From Chlamydiota bacterium (GTDB lineage Bacteria > Chlamydiota > Chlamydiia > Chlamydiales > Rhabdochlamydiaceae), in the NCBI GenBank assembly GCA_026398435.1, contig JAPLSW010000057.1, positions 17,715 through 81,714 on the forward strand: a stretch of DNA of 64,000 nucleotides, given 5' to 3'. Below the pieces are notes generated by a model that saw only the letters and a list, made by a program, of their open reading frames with translations, did not search any database and had not been told where the DNA came from. Positions within the stretch are counted from its first letter, which is position 1; every line of letters begins with the position of its first letter. The position numbers were made by a program, and so were the translations under genes. Below are positions 1-8,711 of this stretch, in pieces.

Positions 1-194
1 ATCCTAGATTTTCCCCTCTTCAAAACCTCCAGATGTCCCCCCACTCCGATGGAACCAAAGTCTTATCTAGAACAAAAATTGACTATGATAACCACATATC
101 TTCGATTAAAATACAGATCGAGTCTTTACAAGGTAAAAACGGATTAAAGTCTTTAAAAGAAAGGATAAAAGCCTACTCCTTTAATGGTTTCTAA
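1..194 (+). CDS. 3' end of an unidentified CDS (partial, enters from the left edge)
   Basis: Reading frame is open from nt 3 to TAA at 192-194 (...KERIKAYSFNGF*). A hairpin follows at 215-249. No recognisable domain. Confidence 0.35.
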   Translation, partial: PRFSPLQNLQMSPHSDGTKVLSRTKIDYDNHISSIKIQIESLQGKNGLKSLKERIKAYSFNGF

Positions 195-214
195 AAAACT
201 CTAAATCCCAACGA

Positions 215-249
215 CTGCAAGGCCTGAGGAAAAATCCTTCGCCTTGCAG
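215..249. terminator. Hairpin between convergent genes
   Basis: CTGCAAGGC (215-223) pairs with GCCTTGCAG (241-249). It lies between the stop at 194 (+) and the stop at 264 (-). Confidence 0.45.
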
Positions 250-263
250 AGTCAAAACCTAGA

Positions 264-707
264 TTACCGATGATCTACATCATAGTTAACAGTTAAAATA
301 ACATAGGCAACATAAGCTGTGCATGGAAGCAATGAGAGCGATGCAAGAGCGAGTGTTCCAAGTGATGCAAAAGCCACTCCAGTGACAAGTGCCGCACCTC
401 CGCTCATTGCTAGTGGAATTGCTAGAGACCCAGCAAACGCTGGCAAAGCAAATTTATAGGCGCAATTTGTTTCGACAGTAAGGCGATAAAATAAAGATCC
501 AGCCAAACAAATAGCTATATTTGCCGGAAGGGAAAAGGGAAGAAGCATTGAAAATGCCATCATGGATACTGCTCGAAAAATATGATTCACAACGAGTGCA
601 ACCTTATAAAGCTCTGGACGAGTCGAGAAATATTCTTTGATTGTATCTGTCGGTCCTTTCAACACATTGTACTTTTCAATTGCATTATGCAAACAAACAC
701 TTGCCAT
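264..707 (-). CDS. Small polytopic membrane protein (hydrophobic lobes, Inc-like character)
   Basis: ORF 264-803. The likely true start is ATG at 707 (MASVCLHN...), preceded by AGGAGG with a 5-nt spacer. The C-terminal two thirds consist of long hydrophobic stretches (AFSMLLPF..., FAGSLAIPLAMSGGAALVTGVAFASLGTLALASL...). Confidence 0.5.
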   Translation of the reverse strand: MASVCLHNAIEKYNVLKGPTDTIKEYFSTRPELYKVALVVNHIFRAVSMMAFSMLLPFSLPANIAICLAGSLFYRLTVETNCAYKFALPAFAGSLAIPLAMSGGAALVTGVAFASLGTLALASLSLLPCTAYVAYVILTVNYDVDHR

Positions 708-925
708 AGCTTCCTCCTGAAGAAAATTTAGATTGTTAAAAACTTTTACTAATTTACACATTCTTAACAAAATGCTACACAAAAAAAAGTTGAAGAACCT
801 CAAGAATTCCCAGAAAACGGGTAATGTAAGACATACTCAGGATATTTTTTTTCAAACAGAGTGTTAAAAATACTAGTAAAATCAAAACATCTTTGCTAGA
901 TTCACCTGCTTAAACAAAAAGATTT

Positions 926-2185
926 ATGATGCATATACTCAGAAAATCACTCTTTATAAGCCTAGCTTTAGTAAGCACTGCTCTGCATGCAGAAGAAGCA
1001 AGCTACGGTATAAGCGGTAACCCAGCAGCTGTTAATATTATGACGGGAACCGGGGAGCTTGGCAGGCTCATGCAAATCCCAGAAAAGTCTGGTGTCAGAC
1101 TCGGTGGAGTGTGGCTTGGCGATTATAACGCTCTTGCCTGCGGAGCAGACGGCCGGCGCCTTACAGGAAATAGCTCTTTCATCCTCGATCTATTTATCGA
1201 TTTCCAAAAAGCGTTTGGATGGAAAGGCGCTTCCTTCGGATCGGAGTTTCTTCAATACAATGGACAGCCCACGAATAAAGATGCAGGCGCCGTTCAAGGG
1301 TATAACAGCTTACCTGGATCTCCCCCTCTACACAGATCGGAACTATACCAACTTTGGCTGCGTCAAGAATTTCTTGATAACAAGTTAAGTATTCGCGCTG
1401 GAAAAACCGTGCCCAGCTACCACTTTAACAACGTATCAAAGCCTGTACCTACGACAAATCCTGCGGTTTCCATTCCCTCAGTTACAGGTCTTATTTATAC
1501 ACCTATTTTCGTGAACCCAACGTTAGATGGAGTCCTCGGTGGATATTACAACTCGGTATATGGAGGAGTAGCTACCATTGCTCCTGTTAAACAGGCGTAT
1601 GTTAATTTAGGTTTTTTTGATGGAAGACTTGCCAAAGGAGTTCAGACCGGACTTACTGGTCCAAAATTTAATGGCTATTACTTCTCTATCATGGAAGGGG
1701 GCTATGGCTGGACAGCATCTAAACCTGGCATTGCAGCTATTGGTGGATGGTACCAAAGTGGGAAGCTTGAATCTGGATCGCAAAAACAAACGGGCACAGG
1801 CGGCGTCTATGGATTCGCCTCGCAAGCTCTGTGGATCAAAGATACAAAGCTACCAAACCAAGGCAATGTTTCTGGATTTTTCCAGCTGGGTTGGAACAAT
1901 TCTAAAACACTGCGCATGAATCTATCGGCCGGTGCCGGTCTAACGGCTTTCTCTTTATTTTCTAAGCGTCCGAACGACTCATTCGGAATAGGTACTTCAT
2001 GGGCTCGTCTTAATCGCCATACTTTTACAAGACACTCTGAAATTATGTTCCAAGGGTATTACCAAACACAGGTGTACTCATCGATCTACTTTCAACCAGT
2101 ACTCAGCTATATCCCCTATCCGGGAGCTCATCCTACGAAATATAACGTAGTGGCCTTCACTGCAAGATTTATCGCTCTATTCTAG
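926..2185 (+). CDS. Outer-membrane porin, OprB/carbohydrate-selective-porin-like
   Basis: Signal peptide (LALVSTALHA/EE). The sequence is Gly/aromatic-rich with an alternating, beta-barrel-like pattern and a C-terminal Phe (...FIALF). The N-terminal region resembles OprB-family porins by eye. Confidence 0.5.
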   Translation: MMHILRKSLFISLALVSTALHAEEASYGISGNPAAVNIMTGTGELGRLMQIPEKSGVRLGGVWLGDYNALACGADGRRLTGNSSFILDLFIDFQKAFGWKGASFGSEFLQYNGQPTNKDAGAVQGYNSLPGSPPLHRSELYQLWLRQEFLDNKLSIRAGKTVPSYHFNNVSKPVPTTNPAVSIPSVTGLIYTPIFVNPTLDGVLGGYYNSVYGGVATIAPVKQAYVNLGFFDGRLAKGVQTGLTGPKFNGYYFSIMEGGYGWTASKPGIAAIGGWYQSGKLESGSQKQTGTGGVYGFASQALWIKDTKLPNQGNVSGFFQLGWNNSKTLRMNLSAGAGLTAFSLFSKRPNDSFGIGTSWARLNRHTFTRHSEIMFQGYYQTQVYSSIYFQPVLSYIPYPGAHPTKYNVVAFTARFIALF

Positions 2186-2267
2186 AGCGATAAATCTCTC
2201 TAAAAAAATTTATTGCATTTCATTTTCGCAAGCCTTACACATAGCTTTTATTCACAAGGAAGCAAAA

Positions 2268-3473
2268 ATGCTGAAAAAATTGAAAGTTTTCTCATTAATT
2301 ATCGCTACTTTGCAAGCATCAACACTTATGGCAGATGCTTACAAAGTTCCGGCCTCATCTGACACAGTCACACTTGGGCTTTTTACCTTAAGTAAAACCC
2401 CTGTCGTAAAAGTAAAATCAGGAGACACAGTTACCCTAGAAACATGGAATAGCTGCCTTCAAGTGATGCAATTTAATAAAACAACGCCTGCAGATATCGC
2501 CAAGTTTTATACGGCCAATGACATCCAAAAAAGACGGGGCATGCATTCAGTCACGGGTCCTGTGTACGTTGAAGGGGCTGAGCCTGGCGATGTGTTAGAG
2601 ATTCGCATTCTCGATATTAAACTCACAGACTGGGGATATAATTTCTTAAGCCCAACACAAGGGATCTTAGACGATTTCACAAAACCGAGAATCAAGTATT
2701 TTAAATTCGACAAGGTAAACAACACAACTGAGTTCACAAAAGGGGTCTGCTTCCAGCTAAAGCCCTTTCCAGGAGTACTTGCAGTAGCCCCTCCCCTAGA
2801 CTGGCCTCAAGGCTGGCCTGTAAGCATTGAGCCCAATACAGCTGGACAGCCAGTAGCTGGCGAGTTCAATTCAGTGCCACCAGGGCCTTTTGGAGGCAAT
2901 CTAGACCAGCCAGAGCTGCAAGCAGGCTCTGTCATCTTCTTGCCTGTATTCCAGAAAGGAGCTCTTGTCTGGACAGGAGATTCTCATGCTATGCAAAGCA
3001 ACGGAGAAATCGACATAACAGCCTTAGAGACCGCCTATGAAGGGATCACAATGCAATTTATTGTAAGAAAGGATTTAAGAGCTGAAGGGGTGCTTGACAA
3101 AACAAAAAGAAAGGGTGGGAACGCCTTTAGCTGGCCCATCATCGAAAATGCTACCCATTGGATGATTGTAGGACTCAATACCGATCTTCTTGAAGCGATG
3201 AAACTCGCCTCAAGAAACGCTATCGACTTCCTCGTACGCACTCAAGGGCTAACAGCAGAAGAGAGCTACCAATTCCTAAGTATGGTCGGTGACTTCGAGA
3301 TAGCAGAAGCTGTCAACGTCATCAAAAACGTAACAGTGCATATCCCCAAGTCCGTATTTAAAGGGACGGGTAAGCCTCTATCACTTTGCTCAGGTGGCAT
3401 CTTCCCACTACAAGTTCCAGACGCAAAAGATGATGCACCCTGCGTCCCACAAGTCGGAACAACAGTTGAATAA
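2268..3473 (+). CDS. Acetamidase/formamidase-family amidohydrolase with N-terminal signal peptide
   Basis: Motif block HSVTGPVYVEGAEPGDVLEIRILDI plus ...GGNLD...GDSHAMQSNGE is typical of the FmdA/AmdA family. The N-terminus MLKKLKVFSLIIATLQASTLMA looks like a signal peptide. Confidence 0.75.
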   Translation: MLKKLKVFSLIIATLQASTLMADAYKVPASSDTVTLGLFTLSKTPVVKVKSGDTVTLETWNSCLQVMQFNKTTPADIAKFYTANDIQKRRGMHSVTGPVYVEGAEPGDVLEIRILDIKLTDWGYNFLSPTQGILDDFTKPRIKYFKFDKVNNTTEFTKGVCFQLKPFPGVLAVAPPLDWPQGWPVSIEPNTAGQPVAGEFNSVPPGPFGGNLDQPELQAGSVIFLPVFQKGALVWTGDSHAMQSNGEIDITALETAYEGITMQFIVRKDLRAEGVLDKTKRKGGNAFSWPIIENATHWMIVGLNTDLLEAMKLASRNAIDFLVRTQGLTAEESYQFLSMVGDFEIAEAVNVIKNVTVHIPKSVFKGTGKPLSLCSGGIFPLQVPDAKDDAPCVPQVGTTVE

Positions 3474-3487
3474 CCAAAGGTAATAAC

Positions 3488-3889
3488 ATGAAAAAGATCC
3501 TGTTTTTTCTCGCAATGCTCATCCTTTCAGCAACTGGCTTTGCAGACAATGTGGTGATTAACAACCAGACTTCCCATCCTAGTAAAAAACTACAATCTCG
3601 GATGGCAGTGCAGTGGGCATCAACCGCTCAAGCAGTTGACGATGCTAATAAAGCGATGATGTGTGGAAAGCCGCTAGATATGAGTCAGGTACAAACAATC
3701 GATAAGTCAGGGAAGATTACTTTAACAATCCCTAAAGATGCTGAGCACCTAAGGCTTTTAGTATGGACAAAAAGCTCAGTAGAGCCGGATCTTGTCACTA
3801 ACTGGGTCGACATTGTACCGAATAAAACGTACATGATAAAAACAGATCAACTAGTCCCTGTTGTTCTCATGCCGGGCTCTGGTTGTTAA
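3488..3889 (+). CDS. Small secreted protein, unknown function
   Basis: Signal peptide MKKILFFLAMLILSATGFA/DN. The gene starts 15 nt after the amidase stop on the same strand and ends with ...GSGC. Confidence 0.5.
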   Translation: MKKILFFLAMLILSATGFADNVVINNQTSHPSKKLQSRMAVQWASTAQAVDDANKAMMCGKPLDMSQVQTIDKSGKITLTIPKDAEHLRLLVWTKSSVEPDLVTNWVDIVPNKTYMIKTDQLVPVVLMPGSGC

Positions 3890-3894
3890 ATTCA

Positions 3895-3929
3895 CTAGAA
3901 GAGTGCCTTTAGAAAAGGCACTCTTCTAG
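3895..3929. terminator. Bidirectional hairpin terminator
   Basis: A 16-bp perfect stem: CTAGAAGAGTGCCTTT / AAAGGCACTCTTCTAG with a 3-nt loop. It lies exactly between the convergent stops at 3889 (+) and 3932 (-). Confidence 0.7.
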
Positions 3930-3931
3930 GC

Positions 3932-5014
3932 CTAAAAAGTCGGAGGAGAAGATCTTGGGGATCTAAACCCTGGTATCGGGCTTGCTCCAACCTCAGGAGA
4001 GCCTCGTGGAGAGGGCGAGGTCATGTGCTTGGAGGGGCTACTCATAGAACGAGACCTTGGAGATCCCAACGCGAAGAAGTCCTTAGCAGAAAGATGGCTC
4101 GTTATAGAGTCTTCCCCGTTTTCTTCTACACACACATGAGTAAGGTCAATTCCATTTTTTCCAAGGAAAGCTACAGCATCATGAAGTTGATCTGAGGTCG
4201 GTTTGTAATGCCCACTTTTGCTGGAGAGTTCTATGATAGTCCCCTCAGCATTTGTTTTAATTTCACCAGCTCCAATCACAGGTCTTCCCCCATTAAAGCA
4301 AGAATGCTGAAATTTACTTAGCAACTAGGGACCGACATACATGATTTCATCGGAGAGAATCACATAGATTGCCGCATGAGATCTCTTATCGGATTCGAAA
4401 GCATCGGTTACTAGAGGTCTACCACTTTGAAATACCCTACCACCCTCAAAGGTAACTGCATAGGCAGCCCTTTCCGCAGGAGTGAGGTATTTAAGAGAAG
4501 AAGGATGTAATCTCGCAGGTTTTTGCATGAACCAATCCTCAAATGAGAGGGTCGTACTGCGGCTACTCTTCCAGGCTTCAAAAAAATCTTCCAGCTCAGC
4601 GCCACTCGGATGTGTGGGAAGGAGTGCCTCTTGCCAATATCTTTTATCCATCATTTTTCCAGAGGGTGCCATAGCATTTAATCCTTCAGCAAGATAAGAA
4701 GCTTTTTCCCAAGTTCTTTGGAGTTTGGGCCTAAAAGATCCAGGACCCGGTATGCTTCTAGAAAAAAGGCGAAATTCATGATTTTCTAGCAGTTCATTGT
4801 CCTTGCCATTAACCTCGTTATTCGCGGCTAGGCGGACAAGTTCGATGAATTTGTCAGAGGCCACGCAATCTGTTTTAGCGTCAGCTATACTCGTAATCGA
4901 ATAAGTACGACCAGCTACGCCGGCCCCTGAAACCTCAAGAGCGAATTTTACAGGAAGCTCAGCGATTTTTGTTCCGAAGGCTTCTTTATTGGAAATAAAC
5001 GAAATTGTTGTCAT
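3932..5014 (-). pseudogene. Effector-like protein split by an in-frame TAG (229 + 130 codons)
   Basis: ORFs 4325-5014 and 3932-4324 share one frame. They are separated only by TAG (4325-4327): ...EIMYVGP*LLSKFQHSCFNGGRPVIGAGE...SGHYKPT. The C-terminus is Ser/Pro-rich. Confidence 0.55.
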
Positions 5015-5188
5015 AGCTTACAGTTTACTGGTTAATTGGTTGTCAAAAAGGGGGATAGTTTGCCAAAGATGGACATTGTTTTAAAGGAATAGAGAAGGTC
5101 TTCGATTATTTATTACAGGCTCTCTAGGATCTAGATAGTCTCCTATTCCTATAAATAGACAACTTGCTATACCCTATAGCTAACTGAA

Positions 5189-5731
5189 TTGATATTTAAG
5201 GGATCCCCTTTCGTGGACAAAAAAATAGTCATGATTGCAGGCCCAAATGGTGCCGGAAAAACTACTACTGCCCTACCAGTCCTTCGAGAGCTTAAGATAT
5301 TTGAGTTCTTAAATGCCGATGAAATTGCTAAGGGGCTTTCTCCTTTGAATCCTGAAAGCGTTCCTCTCGCTGCTAGTAAATTGTTAGTAAATAGATTCAG
5401 AGAACTTCTTAATAGCGATAAGAGCTTTGCTTTCGAAACAACAGCCGCTGGAAAAAACTATATTAAGCATCTAGAAGAAGCTCAAAAAAAAGGTTACGAG
5501 ATTCATCTAATATTCTTGTGGCTCCATAGCCCAGACCTAGCTATAAAACGAGTCGCTGAAAGGGTAAAGCAAGGAGGTCATAACATTCCTAAAGAAACAA
5601 TTAGAAATCGTTACTTTTCAGGATTGAAAAACCTTTTCGATCATTACTTAAAACTTGCTGATACTATACTTATATTTGATAACTCCATATTAAGGATGAC
5701 CTACAAGTCAAAGATAAAAGCGCATGGTTAA
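5189..5731 (+). CDS. Zeta-toxin/AAA_33-like P-loop kinase (COG4185-type)
   Basis: Walker A motif IAGPNGAGKTT. The downstream blocks FAFETT..., IHLIFLWL...LAIKRVAERVKQGGHNIP... and FDNS are typical of zeta-like ATPases. Confidence 0.6.
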   Translation: MIFKGSPFVDKKIVMIAGPNGAGKTTTALPVLRELKIFEFLNADEIAKGLSPLNPESVPLAASKLLVNRFRELLNSDKSFAFETTAAGKNYIKHLEEAQKKGYEIHLIFLWLHSPDLAIKRVAERVKQGGHNIPKETIRNRYFSGLKNLFDHYLKLADTILIFDNSILRMTYKSKIKAHG

Positions 5732-5749
5732 AAATGCAGGAGTTAGCAA

Positions 5750-5980
5750 ATGGCTAAATCAGACAAACCTGATATAAACGATATTCTACTTAAAGGGCAT
5801 AAACTTGGCATTCAGAAAGCCAAAGACATTGCTAGCCGTACAAACACATCTTTGATCGTTCAAAAAGGTGATAAGATCGTAGCTGTAAAGCCCAAATACA
5901 AATATGTCCGAGTCCCTGTAAAAACAGCTAAAAAGAAAAATAAGCTCAAGCCTAGAAGAAAAGCTCCAGCAAAGTCTTAA
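5750..5980 (+). CDS. Small basic protein, possible partner/antitoxin of the zeta-like ATPase
   Basis: 76 aa, starting 19 nt after the ATPase stop with AGGAG upstream. It has a Lys-rich tail. The ...TNTSLIVQKGDKIVAVKP block resembles small partners seen beside COG4185 genes (from memory). Confidence 0.35.
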   Translation: MAKSDKPDINDILLKGHKLGIQKAKDIASRTNTSLIVQKGDKIVAVKPKYKYVRVPVKTAKKKNKLKPRRKAPAKS

Positions 5981-6007
5981 TCGCTAACAAGTATATGTGG
6001 AATTCTC

Positions 6008-6033
6008 AATTGCGCAGCAGCTGCTGCGCAATT
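6008..6033. repeat. 26-bp perfect palindrome, copy 1
   Basis: AATTGCGCAGCAG|CTGCTGCGCAATT, 28 nt after the stop at 5980. Confidence 0.9.
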
Positions 6034-6217
6034 ATAACATCCTTAAAAATAGCAATATAGCTTAAGAGATCATTGCATCCGTTAGGTTCTTTTCTTCAAA
6101 GAAAGCTCTACAGGCTCGAGTTTTACAAACCCAAATCCAGGCACTGTCGATAGCACATCTTTTCTGGGAAAAGAGGTGGAATGACAAGAGCATCTTCATA
6201 GACCCGGCAACAATGCC

Positions 6218-6502
6218 ATGCATACACGCCTTCTTGCAGCCGCTCTTCTAAAACAAGCTCCTCTTTATACAGAGCTCATCGAGCAAGGGTTCAATGACGG
6301 GCTCTTTAAAACTAAACACCCTCTTGAATCTGTAGAATTCATGCTCTCTGGCGTTCAATTTCTCACAGATACCGGGATATACCCCTGGTCGCAAGAAGAT
6401 ATAGAGCGGCGTGTAAAAGCCTTTCCACAAATTATAGAACAGCTAATCCAAGCACCCACTGGATCTTTTAAATTTCTCGTGGCTCAGCTAGAAGAATCTT
6501 AA
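6218..6502 (+). pseudogene. Probable remnant of a TetR-family regulator (C-terminal domain only)
   Basis: The 94-aa ORF has no HTH region. By eye its helical content resembles a TetR C-terminal ligand domain. It sits in a decayed region. Confidence 0.3.
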
Positions 6503-6522
6503 GTTAATCCCATAGAGGTGGC

Positions 6523-6548
6523 AATTGTGCAACAGCTGTTGCACAATT
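6523..6548. repeat. 26-bp perfect palindrome, copy 2 (covarying with copy 1)
   Basis: AATTGTGCAACAG|CTGTTGCACAATT, 21 nt after the stop at 6502. It differs from copy 1 at two positions per arm, each with the matching change in the other arm. Confidence 0.9.
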
Positions 6549-7481
6549 ATCTTCTAGAGATCGCTTCACTGATTGTCGAGCTGATACAATATAGAGCTTA
6601 TTATTGAGTTTGCGAACCAATCCGTACCATTTCCCAAATCTTGATATTTTTTTCCATCGACTTCAGCTATTAATGATTCCTTAACAAATGAGACTGCCCT
6701 ATAAAACCACCATCACAAAGACTATAAGTGAAAAAAAGATCGGCAAGAAAGCTTGTCAATTCAACTTTGGGTTTTGTCTGTGAAGATTTAAGAAATACAT
6801 AAGCTCTAGGAATTAGTTGTTTTTATCAATCTTATGTCGATTTCAAGCCAGTTTAACCTGCACACTTCTGGCTTGAAATTGACATTTGCACATTTGAAGC
6901 CCAAAATAGCAATAAAAAAGATACAGAACGTGCATGAAGCCTTTCCTTAAATGATAGAATGTCTACTTCAGACTCCAGCCAGATCTTTTTAATTTATCAA
7001 AGCTCAGTTTGGAAATTGCTCCGTAACAACGCATTGATTATCTTTATCCCATTTAACCGCTCCATAAGGAGAAAGTCTTACTTTCATACGGGAAGAGTTA
7101 CGTCTTCTATTCCAGTAATTAAGATTCGATTGCTGTGAAAGTACTTGAGAAAATGTCAGCTTTTGAAAAGCTAAGCTAATTCTGAACCTTTGATTTTAGC
7201 GTACTTATTGCTTCCTTCTACATAATCCCAATGCAAGGAAAGAGCTATCTCCCTGCTATACTCAAGATGAGACCAATATAGAGCATTCGAAGCCCTCACC
7301 CAAGTATATATTATAAAGAAGGATTATCAGATTCGAAGGCAAGGACTATTTCTTCTAAAGAAATAGATTGTTGCTGCTTTCCACTATAATAGAGAAAATA
7401 AGGAGGATTAGGTTCATAAAGCATTTTATTTTATCAAAATTAATTCAGCTGAATCTGTAATGATTAATTAATAAAACGATA

Positions 7482-7566
7482 CGGAAGAGGTAGGATTCGA
7501 ACCCACGGTCGGTTGCCCGACAACTGTTTTCAAGACAGCCGCGATCGGCCACTCTGCCACTCTTCC
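7482..7566 (-). tRNA. tRNA-Ser (anticodon UGA), long variable arm
   Basis: Reverse complement is GGAAGAGTGGCAGAGTGGCCGATCGCGGCTGTCTTGAAAACAG...GGGTTCGAATCCTACCTCTTCCG. The 7-bp acceptor stem pairs, the anticodon loop is CTTGAAA, and the T-loop is GGTTCGAATCC. No CCA is encoded. Confidence 0.9.
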
Positions 7567-7614
7567 GTAAAAGATATAAGCGGCAAATTATACAATTTGC
7601 CGAAATAAAATCAA

Positions 7615-8634
7615 TTAAAACTGCGATAAAAAGCGAAGATCATTTTCAGCGAACTGCCGAATATCCTTCATACCATAGCGAAGCATAGCTAAACGCTCTA
7701 TCCCAAGGCCCCAGGCAAAGCCGGAATACTCCTCAGGATCGATCCCACCGTTCTTAAGAACTTCAGGATGCACCATGCCGGCACCAAGAATTTCAAGCCA
7801 CCCGGTTTGCTTGCAAAGCCGGCAGCCGGATCCATTACATGATGTACACTCAATGTCTACCTCAAGTCCTGGTTCAACAAATGGAAAATAGCTGGGGCGG
7901 AAACGAGTTTGCACCTTCTTTTTAAATAGCTTATTCAGGAACTCTTCCATGGTAGCCATTAGGTCTGCAAAAGACACTCCCTTATCGACATAGAGCCCTT
8001 CTATCTGGTGGAAAAAAACGTGAGATCTTGCACTGATGGTTTCATTGCGATACACAGTGCCTGGAGCTATGATCCGGATCGGAGGGGTGTGACTTTGCAT
8101 AACGCGAAGCTGGGTATTGGATGTATGGGAGCGTAAAAGCAGATCTTTTTCAATATAGAAAGTATCTTGCATGTCTCTTGCCGGATGATCAGGGGGGAAG
8201 TTCAATCCTTCATAGTTGTAATAGTCTGAGTCCATGTCTGGCCCGTATTGAACAGAGAAACCCATCTCAGAGAAAATCCCAATAAGCTCATCCCGAATAA
8301 GATTTAAAGGGTGCTTGCGCCCTAGAAATCTTTTGCGACCAGGAAGTGTCACATCGATTTTCTCTTCTTCGATTCTTTTAGCAAGCTCCGTTTGCATAAG
8401 AGCTTCAATCATCTGAGAGCAAAGAGCGGATATCTCTTCTTTTAATTCGTTGATAACTTTTCCAGCAAGGGGTCTTTCTTCTGGAGTGCAGTCCCTTAGG
8501 GACATCATTAGCTCTTGAACAGGACCTTTTTTTCCAAGATAGCGAACTTGCAAAAGATCAGCCTCTTTTGCCGTTTGGAGTTTTTCAAGTTCGTCTTTAA
8601 ATTGCTTGCGTAGGAGTGTAATTTTTTCTTTCAC
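7615..8634 (-). CDS. pheS: Phenylalanine--tRNA ligase alpha subunit
   Basis: Class II motifs are present (...FRPSYFPFVEPG..., GAGMVHP..., GFAWGLGIERLAM). GTG start. Lies downstream of rplT. Confidence 0.95.
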   Translation of the reverse strand: MKEKITLLRKQFKDELEKLQTAKEADLLQVRYLGKKGPVQELMMSLRDCTPEERPLAGKVINELKEEISALCSQMIEALMQTELAKRIEEEKIDVTLPGRKRFLGRKHPLNLIRDELIGIFSEMGFSVQYGPDMDSDYYNYEGLNFPPDHPARDMQDTFYIEKDLLLRSHTSNTQLRVMQSHTPPIRIIAPGTVYRNETISARSHVFFHQIEGLYVDKGVSFADLMATMEEFLNKLFKKKVQTRFRPSYFPFVEPGLEVDIECTSCNGSGCRLCKQTGWLEILGAGMVHPEVLKNGGIDPEEYSGFAWGLGIERLAMLRYGMKDIRQFAENDLRFLSQF

Positions 8635-8652
8635 AAATGCCTCTTTAGATAC

Positions 8653-8691
8653 AAAAAAAAAGCCTATGTCTTAGCAGTGCAAGACATAGGC
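8653..8691 (-). terminator. Hairpin plus T-run between rplT and pheS (terminator/attenuator)
   Basis: On the minus strand: GCCTATGTCTT-gcactgct-AAGACATAGGC followed by T9. Confidence 0.6.
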
Positions 8692-8711
8692 GAAATAAGG
8701 ATGTCAGAAAC

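Noticed and set aside
1059-1919. ORFs 1059-1388, 1607-1825(-) and 1617-1919 inside the porin gene
   Set aside because: They lie wholly within a longer ORF that has a signal peptide and barrel-like sequence. They have no RBS and an odd composition (Cys/Arg-rich), so they are shadow frames.
4391-4399. GGATTCGAA as a candidate att duplicate of the tRNA-Ser T-arm
   Set aside because: It is only a 9-nt match and lies inside a coding region, so it is expected by chance. No longer copy of the tRNA 3' end was seen in the island.
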